In this document: piece after piece, positions 53,761 through 60,259 of the stretch
Numbering within the stretch: position 1 is the stretch's first letter
Layout: the number at the start of each line of letters is the position of its first letter
NCBI GenBank assembly: GCA_964607575.1
Contig: CAZSLS010000006.1
Coordinates: 16,581-80,580 of the forward strand
Length of the DNA: 64,000 nucleotides
Reading direction: 5' to 3'
Source of the DNA: an uncultured Planctomycetaceae bacterium
GTDB taxonomy: Bacteria > Planctomycetota > Phycisphaerae > SM23-33
Translations under genes and position numbers: made by a program
Notes under the pieces: generated by a model
Told to the model about the DNA's origin: nothing
The model's database searches: none
What the model saw: only the letters and a program-made list of their open reading frames with translations

Positions 53761-53934
53761 AGCTGGGGCCTGCGCCTGCTCAAGGACCATGACCAACTCT
53801 ACGAGATTCGCCTTGCTGAACTCCGCAGGGAAATAGCGGTCGGTATTGAACAGGCCGATCGCGGCCCGACCGCGCCGATGGACATGCAGGCGATCAAGAC
53901 CGAGGCTCGCTCGCGCAAGGGTACTCAGACATGA
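53761..53934 (+). pseudogene. ParD-like antitoxin remnant (C-terminal part only in frame)
   Basis: GLRLLKDHDQLYEIRLAELRREIAVGIEQADRG...MQAIKTEARSRK resembles the ParD/COG3609 C-terminus. The frame is closed by stops upstream of 53761. Its TGA overlaps the next ATG (ATGA). Confidence 0.45.
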
Positions 53935-54074
53935 ATCGGCGCGTGCAACGGACGGATCAGGCCCGGGAGGATCTGATAGGTATCTGGTCCTACATTGCTG
54001 ACGACGATCCCGACGCGACCGACCGACTTCTGGATGAGATCGACGAGGTTTGCGGCACGCTGGCTTCGTCCTGA
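53931..54074 (+). pseudogene. ParE-like toxin remnant (47 codons, truncated)
   Basis: MNRRVQRTDQAREDLIGIWSYIADDDPDATDRLLDEIDEVCGTLASS matches the ParE/RelE-fold N-terminus (a..DL..IW.YI). A premature TGA lies where about 50 more residues are expected. Confidence 0.5.
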
Positions 54075-54109
54075 CAAGTCGTCCTGCGGACTACGACGCG
54101 GCAGGCCTG

Positions 54110-55087
54110 CTACCGATTTGACAAAGATTTGCTCCTGGATGTCCCTGGACTTCTGGATTTTCGGCGTCTGTCGCGAGCCTCGGCGTCCTTTTTCTTCTTT
54201 TGCCACCGGCGCCATTTTTCGGCTTCGGCCTTGGCGATGTTGATGGTGCGGATGGTCATCCCGGCGGCTTTGCGGATGGTCCTAGATTCCTTGCGGTCCA
54301 GGGCGATCCTGGTGAGCTTGTCGATCGCCGCGTCGGCGGAGGCCTTCATACCGGCCAGTTGGCGCATGGCGCGCGTTCGCGTGCGGTCGGGCGGTTTGTT
54401 GAGGCGTTCGATCAGTTTTTCGACCATGTCCTGAAGCTGCTTGCGGATCGCGTGTGGATCGCCTTTCTTGTCGGGCGGCGCCGAGGCGGCGTCCGCCAAA
54501 CCGGGGGCGAACCACAACTCGGACACCAGCGCCTTGACGGTGACCTGGGCGGCCCGTCGGGTTAGCTTGTCGGTGGTGTTGGCGGCGAGGTGCCTGGCCG
54601 CGGGCAGCGCGGGAGCCCCCAGCGCCTTGAGCCAGCGAAGTTGGGTCAGCGCCCGCCGCTTGACCGTCTCGTCGGCGTCGCCCAAGCGGGCTATCAGTCC
54701 AACAAGCGTTTGCGACCGGGCGGTCAGATCGGTCGGCGGATCGGGCTCGACGCCGGCCTGGAGGATCTTCTCGAGTATCCGCCGCATCATGGCGGCGACC
54801 TGGGGCCGGCCCGTTCTTCCGGTCGTCTCACGACGGATGCATGCCTTCAGCGCCGGTACCGCGCGCTTGCGCAGCAGGACCAGGTCTCCGGGCGTGGCGT
54901 TATCGACGGCCTGTTCCAGTTCCACCACGCAGGTCAATTGCGCCGTAACGTCGTTTCGGGTCAACCCGCGGATCAGCCGGTCGAGCCGGTGTTCGGTCAG
55001 GTTTCCTGTCTTCGGCGTCTGCGCGGGGCGGGCGACGGTGGTCGTCAACAGCACGCATGCAATAACGGCGATAGATTTGTTACTCAT
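54110..55087 (-). CDS. secreted helical-repeat (HEAT-like) protein with a Lys/Arg-rich tail
   Basis: Signal peptide SIAVIACVLLTTTVARPAQT. Repeated AL..L..L helical units. C-terminal KWRRWQKKKKDAEARDRRRKSRS. Confidence 0.45.
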   Translation of the reverse strand: MSNKSIAVIACVLLTTTVARPAQTPKTGNLTEHRLDRLIRGLTRNDVTAQLTCVVELEQAVDNATPGDLVLLRKRAVPALKACIRRETTGRTGRPQVAAMMRRILEKILQAGVEPDPPTDLTARSQTLVGLIARLGDADETVKRRALTQLRWLKALGAPALPAARHLAANTTDKLTRRAAQVTVKALVSELWFAPGLADAASAPPDKKGDPHAIRKQLQDMVEKLIERLNKPPDRTRTRAMRQLAGMKASADAAIDKLTRIALDRKESRTIRKAAGMTIRTINIAKAEAEKWRRWQKKKKDAEARDRRRKSRSPGTSRSKSLSNR

Positions 55088-55149
55088 GGCGTTCTCCGAA
55101 TCCATTCGCCTGACCCGTTTAATGCTTCGCTCGGGGTCCGGTCTTGTTA

Positions 55150-55905
55150 TCAAGTACGGTCTTTATAAAACTTGATGACCTCGTCGAGTGATTTACCGGG
55201 CATCTGGCCGTGGATTCCCGGGAAACTGACTTTGGGTATTTTAAGAAGAAACGAAGATATCTCACCGGGACTGCTAACTTCTCCTTCCGATGCGATAAGC
55301 AACGTGTCGCTATCAAGCAGCTTGCGGATATGTTCCGTCTTCAATCGGTTGGGTAATGTAGGATCAATCAACGCAAGACCGGCTACGCGATCCAAAAGTT
55401 CGGGATGCCGCTCCAAAAACTCGACCATGATTTTCCCGCCCATGGAAAAACCAATAAAGCCCAATTTCCTGTCAACGTCAATATCGGCTACAACCCGCTG
55501 GAGTTGATAATGAAAGGAGTCTCCCTCAATATCCGGATCAAAACAATTGGGATTGATAGCTATAAGACCAATGTCATTATTTGCAAATTCGCGGAAATAT
55601 GACTCCATGCTGGTTTCACTGACTTGCGAGTGCTGCAGCAGAGTATACGACCAGACTCCCGCTTGTTCAGGATAGCCGAGAACAGCGATAACAATAAGTT
55701 CTTTGTCAAACGCTCCGGGTGTGATCAGGTTCCAGTACTCTTTACCCACTCGCCGATCAGTATAGACCTTCTTTTGAGCTACATCTGCCGCCACAATATC
55801 GGCTACGATTCGGTCTACTGCCTCCCGTAGTTGTGTTTCATCTTCAAGCATAAGCCTCTTCTTTCTGTTTTCCTGGAAACACGCCGCAAAGCAACCGTCA
55901 GTCAT
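55150..55905 (-). CDS. alpha/beta-fold hydrolase (start uncertain: 55851, 55905 or 56016)
   Basis: Nucleophile elbow GFIGFSMGG, later Asp and His candidates (LIDPT, GIHGQMP). Visibly AT-richer than the flanking genome. Confidence 0.5.
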   Translation of the reverse strand: MTDGCFAACFQENRKKRLMLEDETQLREAVDRIVADIVAADVAQKKVYTDRRVGKEYWNLITPGAFDKELIVIAVLGYPEQAGVWSYTLLQHSQVSETSMESYFREFANNDIGLIAINPNCFDPDIEGDSFHYQLQRVVADIDVDRKLGFIGFSMGGKIMVEFLERHPELLDRVAGLALIDPTLPNRLKTEHIRKLLDSDTLLIASEGEVSSPGEISSFLLKIPKVSFPGIHGQMPGKSLDEVIKFYKDRT

Positions 55906-56015
55906 CGCTGGCTGAGACAAACTGTTTGACGACCACCGATTCGGTTTGTTAACATTTTGCCCTGAATATATCAAGACTGATTTCAAACAGGCAATAGGTT
56001 TTGCGAGGATATGCA

Positions 56016-56222
56016 ATGAAACTGTGTTTAAATGGCGAAGAATCCGATTTTGCAGATGGTCTGACTATAAGTGGACTTTTAGTTGAGCAAGAGGTCAAGA
56101 CACCGGAGATGGTATCAGTTGAACTTAACGGTCAGATTCTGAAAAGGTCGAAATTTGAAGATACGGTAGTGAAGGATGGTGATAAAATAGAGTTTCTGTT
56201 CTTTGCAGGAGGCGGTAGTTAA
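56016..56222 (+). CDS. ThiS/MoaD-like ubiquitin-fold sulfur-carrier protein, C-terminus GGGS
   Basis: MKLCLNGEESDFADGLTISGLLVEQ...VSVELNGQILKRSKFEDTVVKDGDKIEFLFFAGGGS follows the ThiS pattern (..NG......t+..LL......vavE.N..i+.r......l.dGD.iE......GG). GAGGA precedes the ATG. Confidence 0.65.
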   Translation: MKLCLNGEESDFADGLTISGLLVEQEVKTPEMVSVELNGQILKRSKFEDTVVKDGDKIEFLFFAGGGS

Positions 56223-56229
56223 GAAAGGC

Positions 56230-56253
56230 GTCGCCGTCGCCGTCGCCGTCGCC
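56230..56253. repeat. hexanucleotide tandem repeat (GTCGCC)x4
   Basis: gtcgcc gtcgcc gtcgcc gtcgcc lies directly 3' of the ThiS-like stop codon. Confidence 0.95.
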
Positions 56254-56268
56254 GCTAAGCCGTTGTCG

Positions 56269-56292
56269 TTCACTTCTCCGGTATTAAGTGAA
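56269..56292. terminator. stem-loop between convergent genes (possible bidirectional terminator)
   Basis: ttcactt-ctccggtatt-aagtgaa has a 7-bp perfect stem. It lies between the ThiS-like (+) and HAMP (-) gene ends. No clear U-tract. Confidence 0.3.
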
Positions 56293-56406
56293 GAACCTCA
56301 GTAAATACTAAGTTTACACACGGAGTCCGGCGCTGCGCGAGAGAGATGTTTGATATGGGATGCTGCTCTGCGAAATAGGACTTCGCCACGAAGCAGGAGT
56401 TATTGA

Positions 56407-57615
56407 CTATACCGTCATGGTTGAAGAGCGTTCGAGTTGTTCGATTTTCTGCTGCAACTCATTCTCGGCTTGCCTCCGATCGCGGAGTTCGTCCCTGAGT
56501 CGCTGGGAGGAAGTCTGCACTTCCTCGCTCATACGATCGAACGCGCGTGCGAGGTCGCCTATCTCGTCGCGTCGCTTGCTACCGATCCTGTAATCCATGT
56601 TACCCCTGGATAGTTCGGCGGTGGCGTCTGCGAGTGTTTTGAGCGGACGGCAGATAGAACGAGTGATGATCGTCCCGATAATCAGCGCGGCTATGATCGC
56701 GAAAATGCTTACCGCTATCGTAACGATCTTGGCACGTCCAGCCGCCTGTCCCCTGTCTGCGATCCGCTTCTCAATGTACTTCTGCATCTTGTAATCTATC
56801 ACGCCATCGGCGAGGGAGATTTGCTTGTACATTTCTGAGAATTGCTGCTCTGTTTTATCGTGCGTTGTCACGAGTCCTCTTGCAACGGTGATTGCCCTGG
56901 TCCACTTGGTCTCGAATTCCCGGATGGGTTCGGTCTCGCTTTCGGCGTCCGCGAGAGTTTTGTATTTCGCCCAGAACTCCGCGACGTCGTCGAACTGTTT
57001 TTCCATTAGTTGCGCGAATGTCTTCTGTGCATGTCCGGATCGTTCGATGTTCTTGTCGAGCCCCGTATATTGCTCGGCTGCGTGAATGACCTCCCAGATG
57101 CTGACCTCGACCTCCCTGAGGGCCTGTTCCTTGGCGAGGATGTTCGGGTCGGATGATGAGAATACAGCTTGTATCTTGAAATCGATTATATCGTCGGCTT
57201 CGTCTACCAGTGTGAATAGTTCGTCTTCGGCGGCTTTTTGCCTTGTCACCAGTTCCATCATCTGCTCGCCGGCAACGTTTGCTCGCCACCAGTAGCGTCC
57301 GAACTCTTCTGTAGACCGCCTCTCGGCGGCGGTGTCGATCAGTGTGATGTACTTCGAAAAGAACGCATTAACTTTGCCAAACTGTTCTTCATAAAGCTCT
57401 GAGTAATATGGGTCGGCGGTCGATCGAAAGGCGTCGGCTGCGTGAGTGGCTTCCCAGATGCTGACCTCGACTTCCCTGAGATTCTGCTCCATAGGCAGTT
57501 CCACATGTCGCAGTTGCTCGACATGCCCGGAAAGGGGTATCACCTGAGAGGCCACAAGCACCACTAACAGCGCAAAGACGAAGAATCCGGCCCGCAGTTT
57601 TTGACGTATCCTCAT
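56407..57615 (-). CDS. membrane sensor-like protein: duplicated periplasmic helical modules + TM + HAMP + coiled coil, no output domain
   Basis: TM1 AGFFVFALLVVLVASQV. Repeated LREVEVSIWEATHAADAF / LREVEVSIWEVIHAAEQY modules. TM2 IVTIAVSIFAIIAALIIGTII. HAMP RSICRPLKTLADATAELSRGNMDYRI...DEIGDLARAFDRMSEEV. Ends after a short coiled coil. Confidence 0.65.
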   Translation of the reverse strand: MRIRQKLRAGFFVFALLVVLVASQVIPLSGHVEQLRHVELPMEQNLREVEVSIWEATHAADAFRSTADPYYSELYEEQFGKVNAFFSKYITLIDTAAERRSTEEFGRYWWRANVAGEQMMELVTRQKAAEDELFTLVDEADDIIDFKIQAVFSSSDPNILAKEQALREVEVSIWEVIHAAEQYTGLDKNIERSGHAQKTFAQLMEKQFDDVAEFWAKYKTLADAESETEPIREFETKWTRAITVARGLVTTHDKTEQQFSEMYKQISLADGVIDYKMQKYIEKRIADRGQAAGRAKIVTIAVSIFAIIAALIIGTIITRSICRPLKTLADATAELSRGNMDYRIGSKRRDEIGDLARAFDRMSEEVQTSSQRLRDELRDRRQAENELQQKIEQLERSSTMTV

Positions 57616-57810
57616 TTTCAGTACCTTATGCGATGCAAATCTTTGAAGATCATCGACGATTCGTCGGGCGAAGGGTGTTTGCCCGGACCCTATCGCTATT
57701 TCGGACAGTTTATTACCGTCCTTTAGCAAGTGGCGGGGATTCCGGCGGGCGCTAAAGGGGTGGTGAGGTATGGGATTTGGTTTGACGGTTGACAGCTACC
57801 TCGCCGTGAA

Positions 57811-58356
57811 TCACGTCAGTTCGAAGATGGACTGGGTTTTGACTATTGTCAGGTCGTCGGGGAAGGCGTGGAATGTGAATACGTGGAGACCGGCGGGCTT
57901 GGCTTCGTAGTCGATGAAGGTAAACGGCGTCAGTGGCGGGCGGGTCATCCATGTGGGGAACGGGACGAACAATCCGCGGCGGGCGCCGATCCTGGCCAGG
58001 TCGTGGTGAGTCTTGTGGTAGACCATCGGACTCATCCGTTCGACCTGGAAGTTCATCATGTAGTTGATGCCTTGCGTGCGCCTGTGATGGTGCGCTTTCT
58101 CGCCGCGGAAAGGCATCTTCCTGAGTACGCCGGAGGCGGGCAGTCCGCCGCGGTCGTCGGCAGTCAACTCGACCAGCGAGCGTTTCCCGCGGAAGAACCC
58201 GATCACGTGCGTGCATCCGGTAACCCATATCTGGGCTTCATACCCGCCGACAATCAGGTGGCGGTCATGGTATATATCGAACAGCTCCGGATGAAGGGGC
58301 CGGTCGTAGAGGTAATACCTCAGTGACGAAATTCTCTGTTGCTGACGAGTATCCAT
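57811..58356 (-). CDS. conserved hypothetical protein
   Basis: Clean ATG ORF of 181 aa (LRYYLYDRPLHPELFDIYHD...). It vaguely recalls DUF2617-type proteins, but I cannot support that assignment. Confidence 0.45.
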   Translation of the reverse strand: MDTRQQQRISSLRYYLYDRPLHPELFDIYHDRHLIVGGYEAQIWVTGCTHVIGFFRGKRSLVELTADDRGGLPASGVLRKMPFRGEKAHHHRRTQGINYMMNFQVERMSPMVYHKTHHDLARIGARRGLFVPFPTWMTRPPLTPFTFIDYEAKPAGLHVFTFHAFPDDLTIVKTQSIFELT

Positions 58357-58546
58357 GATGCCTGAGCTCTTGTAACTTCTCTCGTGGATTCAGAGGCGGC
58401 GGGCGAGCCTCCTCGGAACCCATGACTTCCTACTGCCATTATACAGCACAGGCCCTGGTATGCAAAGTGTCCTGCTGGTCAATAATATATCGCGGACTTC
58501 AGGCGCTCTTTCCACTGGTCAATTGGTGCCCGGGACAGCCGGTAAG

Positions 58547-58686
58547 CAGTGATCAGTGATCAGTGATCAGTAACGACAACGACGCGCGAAACCGCAAGCG
58601 GTTTGATGCGCGCGGGCAAACACGTTCATCCGCTCGCCACAAAACCGCTTGCGGTTTCGCGCGTCGTTACTGCTCACTGATTACTG
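58547..58686. repeat. extended imperfect palindrome (about 45-bp arms, 37-nt spacer) with a (CAGTGAT)x3 tandem repeat in the left arm
   Basis: Left arm 58547-58604: cagtgat x3, then cagtaacgac(aacgac)gcgcgaaaccgcaagcggttt. Right arm 58642-58686 is its reverse complement, with a 6-nt indel and 2 mismatches. Each arm also contains the sub-palindrome aaaccgc..gcggttt. Confidence 0.9.
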
Positions 58687-59179
58687 TCTTTTCGTGGCGA
58701 TGGCGGAGCTTGCGATACTTGACTACCGCGTAGTAGATCAGTCCGTAGGATATTACGCCCAGCGATAAGCCCACGATAAGGCTGCCTATCCAGAGCGGCC
58801 AGAATACCTGCCACGTTGCGGCCCACCAGTTCTGGACCGTTTCCAACCATGAGCCAGTGAAGGTCATTGCCTTGGTGAAATCGGGATCTGGAGAATTGCT
58901 GCCTAACACCCACTTACCGATCTTGTAGTTTGGCCAGAAGATCGGTACGAGTGTGGCGGGGTTGGATATCCACACAAACGGTACGCCGACAAGCTTATTT
59001 GCCCCCAGCAACCACGCCATCGCCACCACCAGCAGCATCTGGAAACCGACGGTGGGCGTCCAGGTGATGAACATACCAATGGCCACGCCCAACGCTATGC
59101 GGTGGGGCGTGTCATCCACGTGCAGGACCCTGTAGATGAAAAAGGCCTTGAGCTTTCTTAAGATAAAACGATGCGGCAT
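58667..59179 (-). CDS. DUF2062-like membrane protein
   Basis: LKAFFIYRVLHVDDTPHRIALGVAIGMFITWTPTVGFQMLL and three or four TM segments, typical of DUF2062. Its last 7 codons lie inside the right palindrome arm. Confidence 0.6.
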   Translation of the reverse strand: MPHRFILRKLKAFFIYRVLHVDDTPHRIALGVAIGMFITWTPTVGFQMLLVVAMAWLLGANKLVGVPFVWISNPATLVPIFWPNYKIGKWVLGSNSPDPDFTKAMTFTGSWLETVQNWWAATWQVFWPLWIGSLIVGLSLGVISYGLIYYAVVKYRKLRHRHEKTVISEQ

Positions 59180-59200
59180 GCTTCGTTCTCCGGTCTGCGT

Positions 59201-60259
59201 TCAGGCGGTCAGCCGCCTGGCGTTTGTCAGCATTGCGTCCGCTGCTTCGATAACTTCGTCGGGGTCAATAATCTGCATGCAGGATATGTGGCTGCACCGT
59301 TTCCTGAGGCAGCCGCCGCATGGGATATCCGCCACGATTGCCCGCCCGCTGCGGTACGGACCGGTACGCTCAGGGCGGGTCGGACCGATCAGGACAACCG
59401 ATTTGACTCCTACTGCCGGAGCGATCAGCGCGGCCGCTGAATCGCCGCAGATCACGCCGCCGGACGCGGCGATCATCGCCACGAGCTGGGTGATGCGCGT
59501 CTGTCCGGCGAGATTAATCGCCCCGGCGCCCGCATTTCGCATCGCAGTTTGGCAGAGATCCCGGTCGCCCGGTGCGCCCATTAACACCACGGTCGTCCGC
59601 TCGGTCATAGCCGATATCACCCGCTGCCAGTGTCGCGACGGATAGAGCTTGGTCTCCCATCGCGTGGGCGGTACGCAGACGAGGAACCCGCCGGTCCGCA
59701 GGTTATTGGTTCGCAGAAAATCATCGGCGAACTCCTGTCCTTCCGGCGCGATCTGGAGGGTCATGTCGTCGCTGCGTGCGTCGATGCCCAGGTGTCGCGC
59801 CAGTTCGATGTTGCGGTCGACCGTATGCAGCGCTTCGGGGGCGAAGCGATGGTTGTAGAACCACGCGGCGCCCTCCCTTGCCGAGGCGAAACCCGTTCGC
59901 ACCGCCGCGCCGGTCGCCCTGGTGAATATCCCGCTCCGCAGCAGACCCTGGAGATCCAGCACCCAGTCGAAATGCGAGCGCCTCAGATTCCACAGAAAAC
60001 TCACCACAAGCCCCGCCGCACTGACAGACCGCCACGCCTTGCCCATTCTCCCGCGATCGAAACCGACGATTTCGTCGAGGTCGCTATCGTGCGATATCAG
60101 CGCGGCGCAGTTAGTGTTCACCAACCACGAAACGCGGCAGTGGGGGAACGTTCTTTTCAGACCTCGAAGGACGGGCATGGCGGTAATCACGTCGCCCAGA
60201 GCACTGGGCTTGATGATGAGTACCCGCCGGGGCGCCGATGGAGCTGCTCTGGCGATCAT
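59201..60259 (-). CDS. glycosyltransferase family 9 (LPS heptosyltransferase-like)
   Basis: RVLIIKPSALGDVITAMPVLRGLKRTFPHCRVSWLV is the classic GT9 N-terminus. ATG overlaps the upstream kinase stop (ATGA, 60256-60259). Confidence 0.8.
   Translation of the reverse strand: MIARAAPSAPRRVLIIKPSALGDVITAMPVLRGLKRTFPHCRVSWLVNTNCAALISHDSDLDEIVGFDRGRMGKAWRSVSAAGLVVSFLWNLRRSHFDWVLDLQGLLRSGIFTRATGAAVRTGFASAREGAAWFYNHRFAPEALHTVDRNIELARHLGIDARSDDMTLQIAPEGQEFADDFLRTNNLRTGGFLVCVPPTRWETKLYPSRHWQRVISAMTERTTVVLMGAPGDRDLCQTAMRNAGAGAINLAGQTRITQLVAMIAASGGVICGDSAAALIAPAVGVKSVVLIGPTRPERTGPYRSGRAIVADIPCGGCLRKRCSHISCMQIIDPDEVIEAADAMLTNARRLTA

Noticed and set aside
56016-56222. ThiS-like gene as part of a thiamine biosynthesis operon
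   Set aside because: No thiF, thiG, thiH/thiO, thiE or thiC homolog was recognised within the window. It is kept as an orphan observation instead.
58547-58567. (CAGTGAT)x3, and (GTCGCC)x4 at 56230-56253, as CRISPR-like arrays
   Set aside because: The repeat units are only 6-7 nt, directly adjacent without spacers. No cas genes occur in the window.
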